Position numbers and translations under genes: made by a program. The notes beneath the pieces are model-generated. The model was not told the DNA's origin, searched no databases, and was given only the letters and a program-made list of their open reading frames with translations. A stretch of 64,000 bases of DNA, from IMG/VR virus record IMGVR_UViG_3300017987_005500; one strand, written 5' to 3'. Positions 48,740 through 59,388 of the stretch are shown here, one piece after another. The stretch comes from a virus. Taxonomy: Duplodnaviria; Heunggongvirae; Uroviricota; Caudoviricetes. Every line of letters starts with the position of its first letter. The stretch's first letter is position 1.

Positions 48740-48871
48740 ATGATAACAACATTAGTTGTTGGAGCATACCATTGGTGTGCATATGCAATAGGTGCTTATG
48801 GAGTTAAAACTGCTATTGTCGGAACTACGAAGTGGGTAGTTAATTATGGATGGTGGCTCGCCTTCGCATAA
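48740..48871 (+). CDS. Trp/Gly-rich micro-protein (43 aa)
   Basis: RBS aaggag; MITTLVVGAYHWCAYAIGAYGVKTAIVGTTKWVVNYGWWLAFA. Confidence 0.55.
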   Translation: MITTLVVGAYHWCAYAIGAYGVKTAIVGTTKWVVNYGWWLAFA

Positions 48872-48895
48872 AGTAATAAAGTAATAAAGTAAAAG

Positions 48896-48926
48896 AAATG
48901 AGGGTTCCTACCTACCTCATTTTTTT
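48896..48926 (+). terminator. Intrinsic terminator
   Basis: aaatgagg-gttcctaccta-cctcattt plus T-run. Confidence 0.75.
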
Positions 48927-48954
48927 GTAAAATTATATAATATAATTTGCATTG

Positions 48955-48980
48955 CTATATATATTAATTTACAGGTGGGA
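48955..48980 (+). promoter_or_regulatory. Early-type motif CTATATATATTAAT plus AGGTGGGA
   Basis: Upstream of the 49021 ORF. Confidence 0.6.
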
Positions 48981-49020
48981 ATAATTGTTTTAATTTTTTT
49001 AATGGAGGAAGTTTTACACT

Positions 49021-49980
49021 ATGAAACAAACTGGAAAGAATGAGACAACAGTAAAGGTAATTGGTTTTGCCAGCAAACTCAAGGAATCTGAAAAGTTTAT
49101 ATCAACTAGCAAAATGGTTGAGATGGGAGTTGCATCTGGTATTCCAAAAGGAACCATTGCATGGCAAATAAACAAACTTACAAATCTTAAAATTTTGGTC
49201 CGGTTGAAAAAAGCTCCGGAAGGTTATATAGGGAATCATCCAAAAAGCTGTTTTACCCTTTGTAACAATCCGCTTAAAGCTCTTGAGAGAAAAACCAAAG
49301 CTTCAGAATTAACCAAAAAGAAATCTGCCCCAAAGAAAACAGCAAAGAAGAAAGTTAAAGCTAAAACAAAAACAGCGACGAAGGGAGTCACCACAGGTAT
49401 ATTACTTGATCTTATAAAAGACCTCTCTGAATCAGGACCTTTCAAACTTAAAGCTTTATATAAACTTGCTGAAGCAAAAGGTATTACAAAACATGCCGTT
49501 GATTGGCAAATGAGAGTTAAATTAGTACCTTCTGGAGCTGTAAAGAATGTTCCATGTAAAGGTCCGGGAAAGATGTATATTGCTGCTGACGCAAAAACGA
49601 AAAGCACTCCAAAAGCTAAATCTGAAAATTCATTGCCAGGTAATACGAGAAGAATCTCATTTGCCGATATGGGAAGATCCATAAATGCTGCAATGAATGA
49701 GATGGAAACTAAGATGGCTGAATTAAAAGAGAAATATCTAAATGTGAAACACACTCTTAAAATTCAAACAGTACTTGCCAAAGAAACTGAGAAGTATAAA
49801 GATAGTGCTGAGAAAGCAAACAAACTCGTTGCTACTGCTAATGATGAAATCCAAAAACTTAAACTTCAAGTCACAGATTTGGAAAAAGCATTGGATGATA
49901 AAGCAGAAGAGACATTGGAAAAACGTCATAATGAATCTGTACCATTGTCGAAATTCAATTATAATAGTAAAAACCCATAG
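49021..49980 (+). CDS. Putative DNA-binding protein (two winged-helix-like repeats, Lys/Ala-rich linker, coiled coil)
   Basis: Internal repeat GIPKGTIAWQINKL / GITKHAVDWQMRVKL; KKKSAPKKTAKKKVKAK linker. Confidence 0.6.
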   Translation: MKQTGKNETTVKVIGFASKLKESEKFISTSKMVEMGVASGIPKGTIAWQINKLTNLKILVRLKKAPEGYIGNHPKSCFTLCNNPLKALERKTKASELTKKKSAPKKTAKKKVKAKTKTATKGVTTGILLDLIKDLSESGPFKLKALYKLAEAKGITKHAVDWQMRVKLVPSGAVKNVPCKGPGKMYIAADAKTKSTPKAKSENSLPGNTRRISFADMGRSINAAMNEMETKMAELKEKYLNVKHTLKIQTVLAKETEKYKDSAEKANKLVATANDEIQKLKLQVTDLEKALDDKAEETLEKRHNESVPLSKFNYNSKNP

Positions 49981-50007
49981 TAAATATGGGTAGAAAAAAC
50001 GTAGAAA

Positions 50008-50042
50008 AAAAGCAAGGACTCCTACCTACCTTGCTTTTTTTT
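50008..50042 (+). terminator. Intrinsic terminator
   Basis: agcaagg-actcctaccta-ccttgct plus T-run. Confidence 0.75.
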
Positions 50043-50064
50043 ACCTTCATTATAGAACTGCGTA

Positions 50065-50078
50065 CTATATATATTAAT
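50065..50078 (+). promoter_or_regulatory. Early-type motif CTATATATATTAAT
   Basis: Upstream of the small-gene cluster 50175-50805. Confidence 0.6.
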
Positions 50079-50174
50079 AATTGAGGATAAAGTATTACCC
50101 TCATTAAATTAGATATAAACACATCCGTGTTTAGATTTTTATATTATTTAACTTATAAATAAGTAGGAGGTTAT

Positions 50175-50282
50175 ATGACAATAATATTAATAATTGGAGG
50201 AAGTGTATTCTTAGGAATTGCATGTGACATTTTAATTAAAAGCAGTATATCAATATTACTATCAAATAAAAAAGGAGTTTAA
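50175..50282 (+). CDS. Hydrophobic micro-protein (35 aa)
   Basis: RBS aggagg; MTIILIIGGSVFLGIACDILIKSSISILLSNKKGV. Confidence 0.5.
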   Translation: MTIILIIGGSVFLGIACDILIKSSISILLSNKKGV

Positions 50283-50283
50283 C

Positions 50284-50493
50284 ATGGAAACTTTAATAAT
50301 GTGTTTATGTACAATGTTATTAGGACTTTATGTAGGTTGTAAAATATCATCTCGTTTTACAGATTGTTGTTGGGTAAATGCAGCAAAACATAATCATTTG
50401 ATTGACATTGGAAATGATACTTACAAAGTAATTGATGTTTGGGAAGAAAGAGTTGATAAGGTTGATGACATAATTAAAGACATTGAAGTCTAA
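50284..50493 (+). CDS. Small membrane-anchored hypothetical protein
   Basis: RBS aggag; hydrophobic N-terminus. Confidence 0.6.
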   Translation: METLIMCLCTMLLGLYVGCKISSRFTDCCWVNAAKHNHLIDIGNDTYKVIDVWEERVDKVDDIIKDIEV

Positions 50494-50505
50494 GGAGAAA
50501 CTTTA

Positions 50506-50805
50506 ATGAAGAAAATAACATTTATAGCAATCATACCAGCATTTATAATTGAAGAAGGTTTCAATTCAATGGAACAATTAACCACAAACGCCTTGGTAGG
50601 AATTACTGGGGCAGAGAGTGTCAGTTATCATACTGTTGAAGGCAATTGCGACTGCCTTGATTATTCAGTATTATGTGAAAAGTTTGAAAATCATGTGGTA
50701 TTCATAAATCCAACTATGAGTTTAATCGACATTAAGGAATCATTTTCAAATAACTTAGTTGATGGATGTGTGGCGTGGACTTGGTCATATACATACAAAT
50801 CCTAA
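50506..50805 (+). CDS. Hypothetical protein
   Basis: RBS aaggag; 99 aa. Confidence 0.6.
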   Translation: MKKITFIAIIPAFIIEEGFNSMEQLTTNALVGITGAESVSYHTVEGNCDCLDYSVLCEKFENHVVFINPTMSLIDIKESFSNNLVDGCVAWTWSYTYKS

Positions 50806-50852
50806 TAAGGATTTGGGGGGAGATTAACTTCTCCTTTTTGGTTTTATTTTTT

Positions 50853-52610
50853 TTACGGAACACTCTCAACTGTAATTTGAACAGTTTCCATTCCAGTGAT
50901 GCAATCAAATATTCCTGACTCATCAAAGAAAGACCACCCTCCATCTACCCACGCATATTCGACTTCAGACGATGAATCTAGGGTATATCCCGTTTGTTGT
51001 ATATTAGTATCCCAACCTTTTCTACAAATCAGTCTGGCGTCGTCTATCTCGTCCTGAATGTATATAAAACAATCTCTCTTATCAAACGAAGCTCCAATAT
51101 CATGATAAGATCCACAATCGTATGTATCTCTATTATAATAAGATTCAACAGGGACTTCAGGACAATGCATATCGGGATATGTACAACAAGGTTTTCCCCA
51201 GTTTATATAATCATCAAAATAAAGAGTGGGTTTTTCAATAACTTCATCATCAACTCTTATAGAATCAAGTAAAGGATTTTTTGTAACATACATTACTTCA
51301 ACTGCTGACATTCTTGCTCTATAAGGTTTAAAGAAATTAATTAATTGTTTAATATCTTGGACTAAATGAGAGTCAATACCCAATACAATTAATGAAAGAA
51401 AAGGAGCTCCAGCTGAAATATTTGCTTGAACCCAATAATCAAATTCTCTCATTAAATAACCGAGAGGTTCTTCCCCACGTCCTGTTGAGATATATGAATC
51501 AATTACATTCTTCAACTCGGGATATAATTGTTCAAGTGTTGTTCCGGCATCTCCAACAATTTGAAAAGGGTGAGTTTCTCTTGGTCTTGTAAATGTATCT
51601 TGATATTCAATGAGTCTGGAATCTCTTTCAGCTCTTGTTACAGGATTTACAACAATTCGATTATAATCATTGATCATCTCTGTATAAGTTGTTGCAGTTC
51701 CATCATAACAAATTATATTTGCATCATTTTGAGATCCAACTTCTCTTTGAAAAGTCTCATTAAAACTATAAACCATTGCAGTATATAATTCTAAAAATGA
51801 TACTACATAATTAAGACCACGTACTTTAATATCTCTTGTAAGAGTTCCGCCAGCTTTCCAATAAGCATAATCTTTTTGAACTTGCCAAGTTATAATTGAA
51901 AATACTTGATCAATAGAGCTTAAATCATATTTTGGTCTTAGAGCAAAGTAAGGAGATTTTGTAGGAAGACTAAATTGACTTCGTCTTACCATTTCCTCTG
52001 CTTGAGCTTCATTTAAAAACCAATGAGGATCTCCAGAAACCATTAAAGGATATTTAATATCATCAGTCCATTTACCTAAGATGATAGACCCAGTTCCTGT
52101 TACATATTCTCCTCTGAAAACTAAGTTTCCTTCATCTCCACGTCTTAACCAATATTCTCCAATATCAACTTCTTGAAATCCATAATATGTAAGGACTTTA
52201 ATAATTGATTCTGGAGTACCTTTTATTTTATATAAATTTACTAAGTCAAGAAAGAAACTTCTTTTATTTGTAAAGTATTGTAATAAGTCAGTAGGATATC
52301 CAAATCCAAAACTTCTAATCAACTCATCAACATGAGCATCTGGCAATGAAAATACATCGTTAGCTTGTTTACCTGATGTGACAATCGTTTTATGACTTGC
52401 ATACCAATCAATAAACTCTTGTCTTAATCTTGCGTAATCAGGTGAACTATGGGCGATTTGGTCTTGAACTCTTTCAAAGTAAGTACTTGTAGTCGCCTGT
52501 TCAGATTTTAATAAGGACTTAAGTTTTGGATCGAGTTCATCATCTGAATACTCTTCTCCTCTTAAGTATTTTATAAACTTAAAAAAATCATCAACACTAA
52601 AATTTGCCAT
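50853..52610 (-). CDS. Baseplate wedge protein (gp7/P2 gpI-like)
   Basis: LIRSFGF...LVNLYKIKGTPESIIKVL, INFFKPYRA. Confidence 0.65.
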   Translation of the reverse strand: MANFSVDDFFKFIKYLRGEEYSDDELDPKLKSLLKSEQATTSTYFERVQDQIAHSSPDYARLRQEFIDWYASHKTIVTSGKQANDVFSLPDAHVDELIRSFGFGYPTDLLQYFTNKRSFFLDLVNLYKIKGTPESIIKVLTYYGFQEVDIGEYWLRRGDEGNLVFRGEYVTGTGSIILGKWTDDIKYPLMVSGDPHWFLNEAQAEEMVRRSQFSLPTKSPYFALRPKYDLSSIDQVFSIITWQVQKDYAYWKAGGTLTRDIKVRGLNYVVSFLELYTAMVYSFNETFQREVGSQNDANIICYDGTATTYTEMINDYNRIVVNPVTRAERDSRLIEYQDTFTRPRETHPFQIVGDAGTTLEQLYPELKNVIDSYISTGRGEEPLGYLMREFDYWVQANISAGAPFLSLIVLGIDSHLVQDIKQLINFFKPYRARMSAVEVMYVTKNPLLDSIRVDDEVIEKPTLYFDDYINWGKPCCTYPDMHCPEVPVESYYNRDTYDCGSYHDIGASFDKRDCFIYIQDEIDDARLICRKGWDTNIQQTGYTLDSSSEVEYAWVDGGWSFFDESGIFDCITGMETVQITVESVP

Positions 52611-52627
52611 GAATTAATCTCCTTTGC

Positions 52628-53293
52628 CTACGTACCTCTGTCTGCAATAAATACAAACATCTTCTCAAGAACATAGGATTCATATGTGGACTCTAATACA
52701 CTATCTTTATCTGCAATCAATGTTGTATTATTATAATAGCTTATATCTTGATTGACTTCTAAATTAAGATATTGAAAAACTAATTTTGAAAATCGAGATA
52801 ACCTTTCATAATTTACAGTCAATACAGCAGTTGTATCAGCAGAAGTTGAATCAATAAAAATAGGATCTGTTACAGACGTTGAATCAATAACTATCAAGGA
52901 AGTTGCATCAGTAAGTCTATATTTTAATAAAGCATCTAATAAAACTAAATCATTATCAGAGAGGTTAAAAGCATTAATATTACATACTGCTGTACTATCA
53001 TCATCTGATTTATAATATTTAGATGACAAAGGATATACCATAGCTCTGTCTCTAATTATAGCTGGCCAACCCAAATTATTAGCGTCATCTCTATATAAGT
53101 ATCTATAAGAATTATATATCTTCGGCCAAACATCTTCAAATAAAAGTCGCAAGAATGAATTCTTATTCATAAACGAATGACATATTCTTACGGAATGTGA
53201 GATACCATTTTTATTTAATTGACCTTCTGAGATGAACTTCGTATAATAATTTTGAAGTTCAGGCACAATGATAGTACCATGAGCACATGTCAT
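52628..53293 (-). CDS. Hypothetical (probably virion) protein
   Basis: 221 aa; DST repeats shared with baseplate proteins. Confidence 0.6.
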   Translation of the reverse strand: MTCAHGTIIVPELQNYYTKFISEGQLNKNGISHSVRICHSFMNKNSFLRLLFEDVWPKIYNSYRYLYRDDANNLGWPAIIRDRAMVYPLSSKYYKSDDDSTAVCNINAFNLSDNDLVLLDALLKYRLTDATSLIVIDSTSVTDPIFIDSTSADTTAVLTVNYERLSRFSKLVFQYLNLEVNQDISYYNNTTLIADKDSVLESTYESYVLEKMFVFIADRGT

Positions 53294-53303
53294 TAATAAT
53301 CCC

Positions 53304-53858
53304 CTATTCTATTTTTAAACAATTCCTTGATGATAACATATCTAAAGTATGAAGAAATAATGTATAAGGATGAAAGTTCTTAAAATCAAAGTCTGTCCCT
53401 TTTGCATCAGCTGACCATTTACCTTGATGATATCTAACCATTTCAATTAAAATATCAACTTGTTCTTCAGAAAAATGTCTAATAAAAATATCTCTTTTTT
53501 CTTGAATTCTATTTGCTATAAGTCGGTCATGTGCATTATCACAAAACTTTCGATCATTATTATTTCCATACTTTACAATATCATGTATGGCAACACCAAT
53601 TAAAAGCAAATCACACTCTACTGTTTCCTTATTAATTCCAAACATTGCATATATTTTTGTAGCACTATAAATCATTTCATATGTATGTTCAGCAAGGGTT
53701 GGAACATAACCCCCTTTCTTATTGTGATATTTTCCAGTTGATGAAACAGGTTTATCCCAAACAGGAGGGATCTTTGAATTAATAGCTTTCCAAAATGCTA
53801 AACCTTTTTCAGTCATATGTTGTTCAAGTAATTCATTCATCGTTTCATAGTTCATCAT
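53304..53858 (-). CDS. HD-domain phosphohydrolase
   Basis: SSTGKYH...LAEHT...IHDIVKYG...YHQGKW...D. Confidence 0.85.
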   Translation of the reverse strand: MMNYETMNELLEQHMTEKGLAFWKAINSKIPPVWDKPVSSTGKYHNKKGGYVPTLAEHTYEMIYSATKIYAMFGINKETVECDLLLIGVAIHDIVKYGNNNDRKFCDNAHDRLIANRIQEKRDIFIRHFSEEQVDILIEMVRYHQGKWSADAKGTDFDFKNFHPYTLFLHTLDMLSSRNCLKIE

Positions 53859-53907
53859 TTAGCGATTCCTTTTATAGTTTGTTCTGTATTAAAGATGGAT
53901 CCATTGA

Positions 53908-53933
53908 CTATATATATTAATTACTAGGTAGGA
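53908..53933 (+). promoter_or_regulatory. Early-type motif CTATATATATTAAT plus AGGTAGGA
   Basis: Back-to-back with AGAACAAA (minus, 53878-53885). Confidence 0.6.
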
Positions 53934-53971
53934 AGAATTGTTTTAATTTATTTATATTTTAGGAGGTAACC

Positions 53972-54181
53972 ATGTGGGCAAATGTAGCTAAAGGATTTTT
54001 ACTGGCGGTAGGAGTCGACTTTGCTATCTGTAAAACTAAAGAAGAACAAACTGAAAGTTATGCAGAGACTGCAGTGAAGTGGGCATATCATAAAGTCAAG
54101 GACTTCAGGGAAGCAAAGAAAGAAGAAAAAGAGGATGACAAAAAGAAATCGACATCAAAATCTTCTTCCAAAAAGAAGTAA
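53972..54181 (+). CDS. Small hypothetical protein
   Basis: RBS aggagg; Lys/Ser-rich tail. Confidence 0.6.
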   Translation: MWANVAKGFLLAVGVDFAICKTKEEQTESYAETAVKWAYHKVKDFREAKKEEKEDDKKKSTSKSSSKKK

Positions 54182-54252
54182 CCTGTCCCTTCAAAAAGTT
54201 AAGTTTTAAAAAGGTGAGCACCAGAGGTACTCACTTTTTTGAGAAGTCAAAT

Positions 54253-54801
54253 TTATTTTTTTGTTGCCATTAATGATGTCTTATCAGAGCTTGATTTTGA
54301 AGATCCAAAGAAGTATTGAAGGACAACTCCAAAACCAGAAGCTAATGCACCAAATAACATAAAGACAACTTCATTAGATCCTTGTGGTAAAGGTTTACTC
54401 ATTAAGTAAAGACATAAGGCAAAGAATCCAAATACAACAGTCCATGCTAAAATATAAAGATTATAATCTTTCTTGCCAGTTATCTTTACTATTTCTAATT
54501 CTCTTGCTCTAGCATCTTGAGTATTTTGGACATGGAGTTTATCATTCTCAATACCTAACTCAATAAGTCTTTCCTTATGAGCATTTTCAAGATTTTTTAA
54601 TTCATTTAATTGATCAGGAGTTGCTCCAATAAGAGCTTTCTCAACTGAGATTGGATCATTATCACAACCTAAAACACTTGAAAGTAAAGATCCTGCAACT
54701 CCACCCGCTCCAGGAACAATGGCATTACCCAACACTGGAGCAACCTTTCCAACAATTCCTTTTACTGAATTCCAAACATCTTTAGTATCCATGTTATTCA
54801 C
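54253..54801 (-). CDS. Holin-like membrane protein (3TM holin family)
   Basis: VAPVLG...GGVAG, NTQDARARE, two C-terminal TM helices, QYFFGSS. Confidence 0.7.
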   Translation of the reverse strand: MNNMDTKDVWNSVKGIVGKVAPVLGNAIVPGAGGVAGSLLSSVLGCDNDPISVEKALIGATPDQLNELKNLENAHKERLIELGIENDKLHVQNTQDARARELEIVKITGKKDYNLYILAWTVVFGFFALCLYLMSKPLPQGSNEVVFMLFGALASGFGVVLQYFFGSSKSSSDKTSLMATKK

Positions 54802-56024
54802 CTTTCATTTTTTTGCTTATTAAGAGCTTCATCGAGTTGATCTTTTGTAATATATCCTTCTTCAATTAAATAAGCACCCAATTTTTTATTGGTTTGTTTA
54901 TTATCTTCAATAGTTTGTCTTAATGATTTTTCTACTCTACCTCTTTCTACCCAAGCACTTAAAATGTTAGCTGCCATTTTTAAAGCATTTATCTCGGGGT
55001 CTTGCCATATTCTTTTTTGTCTACATTCATCAAATCCAATAAAACCAACATATTTTTTATCTATAAAAATAGGGACTGCTAAAGTTGATTTGACATTTTG
55101 AGAGTTTAATAAATTGTGTTCAACTTTAGGAAAATCTTCAGTATGTCCATGTATAATATTTTTCGATTTTAATATTTTAACCCATCGACTAAAATTAATA
55201 GACATATCGAAACTCTGCATTTTTGGATTATCAATTTGAGGTTCAATTGTCCCATCAACCCATTCATGTTTATAATATACAATATCTTGTGAAATTACAT
55301 TAAAAATATATACTCTACTTACTTGAGCAGCTTTACCAATTTCAGTAATCATTTCATCAATTCTATGACCATTTGTTGGTTTAAAGTCTCTTAACATTTT
55401 TTCGGTTACTTTATTTATAGACGTTATGACAGAGTCCCTTATCTTCATTGTCATTTCAGCTTGAACTCTCTCAGTTATATCATAGAGTAATACAACATGA
55501 CCTGTTATATAATTATCATCATTCATAACTGGAGAATATGACATTGTGAAATGTCTGCCATCATCAATTTTTATACTCTGGAAACCTTCAGTGCAACCTG
55601 CATTATCATCTCGAACAGGGCAATAGTTCATGCAATTGCAAAATTTATTTCCTAATATATCTTTACAATCTCTACCGATTATAAACTTTTCATTGATTCC
55701 TATGTATTCAATAAAGGATTTATTAACTCTTGTAACTTTGTATTCAGGATCTAATAAAATTATAAAGCTTGGAATTGCATCAAATGTTGCCTTCCATATA
55801 TCTCTTTCTTGAGCTAAGGCAATCTGTGTAACTTCAGAATCTTCAGTTAAAGAACCTATAAGATCAAGAGTTGTTGATATTTTATCAACTCGACTCATTG
55901 CTTTTTTCTCAAGTTCTTTTAAATGATTAGTTACATCATCATAAGTCGTTAGAGTCTCTGGAGGTTTCTGAACTTCAACTTCGACTTTTTTGTCACCATT
56001 AAAATTCCATAATTTAAAATTCAT
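54798..56024 (-). CDS. PAS-GAF sensor protein with C-terminal MshEN-like (c-di-GMP-binding) motif, no output domain
   Basis: WKATFDAIP...IIGRDC...YDITERVQAE (PAS); VSRVYIF...LAVPIF..GFIGFDEC..RIW (GAF); KLGAYLIEEGYITKDQLDEALNKQ. Confidence 0.8.
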   Translation of the reverse strand: MNFKLWNFNGDKKVEVEVQKPPETLTTYDDVTNHLKELEKKAMSRVDKISTTLDLIGSLTEDSEVTQIALAQERDIWKATFDAIPSFIILLDPEYKVTRVNKSFIEYIGINEKFIIGRDCKDILGNKFCNCMNYCPVRDDNAGCTEGFQSIKIDDGRHFTMSYSPVMNDDNYITGHVVLLYDITERVQAEMTMKIRDSVITSINKVTEKMLRDFKPTNGHRIDEMITEIGKAAQVSRVYIFNVISQDIVYYKHEWVDGTIEPQIDNPKMQSFDMSINFSRWVKILKSKNIIHGHTEDFPKVEHNLLNSQNVKSTLAVPIFIDKKYVGFIGFDECRQKRIWQDPEINALKMAANILSAWVERGRVEKSLRQTIEDNKQTNKKLGAYLIEEGYITKDQLDEALNKQKNER

Positions 56025-56317
56025 TATCCAACTCCTGTTGTGGTTCCTAATTTAGAAATCCAATATAATATCATCCCTATTGCCAAAGTGATTGATGCAG
56101 GAATTGCTCCGCCAATTAGTCCCCACATTTTTGCTTGCTTCTTTTGATCTTCATCCATTGTTCTTAGACGTTCTTGGATTCTAATTATTTCCCCCCATAC
56201 TTTTAGAATCTCTGTATGATATTCTTTATTGAATTCTTTATAATCATTTTTAAGTTCGTTAACATACTCTCGTATCAGTTGAAGTGGATTTAATTCATCA
56301 GGCATAGACACGTCCAT
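56024..56317 (-). CDS. Small coiled-coil protein with C-terminal TM helix (XhlA/holin-like)
   Basis: Heptad N-terminus, WGLIGGAIPASITLAIGMILYWI. Confidence 0.6.
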   Translation of the reverse strand: MDVSMPDELNPLQLIREYVNELKNDYKEFNKEYHTEILKVWGEIIRIQERLRTMDEDQKKQAKMWGLIGGAIPASITLAIGMILYWISKLGTTTGVG

Positions 56318-56324
56318 TATTTCT

Positions 56325-57485
56325 TTATTGTTTAGAAGAACTTACTTTAACAAAGTCCTCGTAAGAAGATGGAGTTTTATCTGGAAGAATAAGTCGTTTA
56401 ACAGCATGATAAATCTCACCCGCATCTTCACTCCCCATCTTTTTGGCAACTTCAATTAATCTTTGTTGAGATGACTTTTTAGTCATACCCACCGATTCAA
56501 ATAGTCTTTTAACATCACTCTCTGTGATAACATCTCCTACTTGTTTGGGTATATATGTTTTCTTAGTTGTTTTAACAGATTCAGTTTTAGTCTTAGCTTT
56601 TTTCTTGTTTTGTAATTTCTCTTTTAGTTTTTCCTTCATTCGTTTTTTAAATCTTTGCTCTAATACTTTTTTCTCCTCTGGAGATTTATTTGTAGCATTT
56701 GCTCTCTCTAAGAATTTCTCAACTAAAGAATCCATTATTTTCAACTTTTTCTTGACTTGTTCTTCAACCTTATCATTTTTATCTTTAGCAGGTTCAATAA
56801 CAATTGACTTCTTTCCTCTTTTTCCCATAACTCCCTTATCAACATCAAGGTCGTCTATTTCACCATCTGGTGCGTCAGGTGTGTCCTTTGGCGGGGAATC
56901 TGGAGTTGGTTCTTCAGGTGGAGCATCATCTTTTGGTGGGTTGTCTTCTGGGTCAGCTATTTCTTCAGGAAGAAGAGTGGTTCCTTCTGGTATTGATAAT
57001 CTTTTAGAAACTAATTTTTCTAAAAGTTTAATCATTTGAGCAGTTTCATTTCCATCAGTTATATCTTCTTTGACAGAAACTTCTTTATCTTCAACAATTG
57101 GAGTCTCTTCTTCAATATCTTCTTTTAAAGTAACTTTTTTCGCTTTCACAGAAACAGGAGGAGGGTCCTCACTATAAACCATTCTTGCTTCAATTAAAGC
57201 TTCGCGTTTTAATTCAAATTGTCCTGTCCATGGTTTCATATAAAAACCTTCACCAAAGACATCCAATTGACATTCTACAGTTTCTCCGTCAATGAGTCCC
57301 TTCTTGATAACTTCATCAAGCGGAGGAACGTCAACTGACATATGATCTTTTAAAATATCAACAGGGAAACCATATTCAACTCCTTCTAACCTGAACTTTA
57401 CAGATCCTTGAAGTTGTTTATAGTCAACCCCTTGGATGCTGACATCAAAACGCATATTTTTTGGTTTTCCTGTGTTAATATACAT
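56325..57485 (-). CDS. Hypothetical protein with Pro/Asp-rich linker
   Basis: 386-aa ORF. Confidence 0.7.
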   Translation of the reverse strand: MYINTGKPKNMRFDVSIQGVDYKQLQGSVKFRLEGVEYGFPVDILKDHMSVDVPPLDEVIKKGLIDGETVECQLDVFGEGFYMKPWTGQFELKREALIEARMVYSEDPPPVSVKAKKVTLKEDIEEETPIVEDKEVSVKEDITDGNETAQMIKLLEKLVSKRLSIPEGTTLLPEEIADPEDNPPKDDAPPEEPTPDSPPKDTPDAPDGEIDDLDVDKGVMGKRGKKSIVIEPAKDKNDKVEEQVKKKLKIMDSLVEKFLERANATNKSPEEKKVLEQRFKKRMKEKLKEKLQNKKKAKTKTESVKTTKKTYIPKQVGDVITESDVKRLFESVGMTKKSSQQRLIEVAKKMGSEDAGEIYHAVKRLILPDKTPSSYEDFVKVSSSKQ

Positions 57486-57504
57486 TAGGGTAACTCCAAT
57501 TATT

Positions 57505-58446
<942 letters not shown>

Positions 58447-58449
58447 AGT

Positions 58450-59388
58450 TTATTCCTTATAATAAAAATTATAAATTTCATTAAATTTTTTAATTGGAAC
58501 TACATTTGTACCTGGAAGCATAACGACAAATTCAGAACACTTATTTGCAATTTTAGCTGAAGTAAGTGGGTTAATATCTAAAGATATGCATATTGCCATT
58601 ATAGCAATCACAGTATCTCCTGCTCCAGATACATTAAATACTTTTACAGGAGTTGATGAAATTTCAGTTCCATTCATAAATGGACTTAATACTTTATTAT
58701 CATATAAGACCATTCCATCTTTACCTTTTGTATGTAAAACATATTCACATACTTCCTCTGCTTCAGGACCGTGTAATGGATCAATCATTTTAAAATATTC
58801 ATCATTATTAGGAGTTAGCATATATACATTTTTGTATAAATGCACATTAATTGGTTTAGGATCTACAATAATTTTAATAGATACTTTGCTTAAGACATTC
58901 ATTATTTCTTCTGTTATAATTCCTTTAGCATAATCAGATACAATAATAATGTCAGGTTCTTTTTCAATTTCTTTTTTCAATGCTATAAGAATTTTATCAA
59001 GCACAATATCTTTACAAAGTTTTATTTTTTCTCTATCTATTCTTATCATTTGATAATTATTAGATATAACTCTTTCTTTTTGAATGGTTGGAATATCATC
59101 TATTGCTAAATAATGGGAAACTTTCAACTCATCCAATTTATTTGCTATTTCAATTCCAGCTTCATCAACTCCAACTCTTGAAATACAACTTACTTTAACT
59201 CCAAGAGAAGCTAAGTTACTGATCACATTACCACTTCCTCCTAATGTGGAGTATTCATTTTTAACACAAACAACACCAACAGGAGCTTCAGGACTTATCC
59301 TATCCACATTTCCAATAACATATTTGTCCAGCATTATATCGCCAATTACTAAAATATTTAAATCTTTAATTCTTTTCTTTATTTTCAT
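58450..59388 (-). CDS. hldE: D-glycero-D-manno-heptose-7-phosphate kinase (HldE/RfaE kinase domain, PfkB family)
   Basis: IGDIMLDKY..G.VDRISPEAPV, GGSGNV, SDYAKG, VDPK, TPN, VSGAGDTV. Confidence 0.9.
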   Translation of the reverse strand: MKIKKRIKDLNILVIGDIMLDKYVIGNVDRISPEAPVGVVCVKNEYSTLGGSGNVISNLASLGVKVSCISRVGVDEAGIEIANKLDELKVSHYLAIDDIPTIQKERVISNNYQMIRIDREKIKLCKDIVLDKILIALKKEIEKEPDIIIVSDYAKGIITEEIMNVLSKVSIKIIVDPKPINVHLYKNVYMLTPNNDEYFKMIDPLHGPEAEEVCEYVLHTKGKDGMVLYDNKVLSPFMNGTEISSTPVKVFNVSGAGDTVIAIMAICISLDINPLTSAKIANKCSEFVVMLPGTNVVPIKKFNEIYNFYYKE

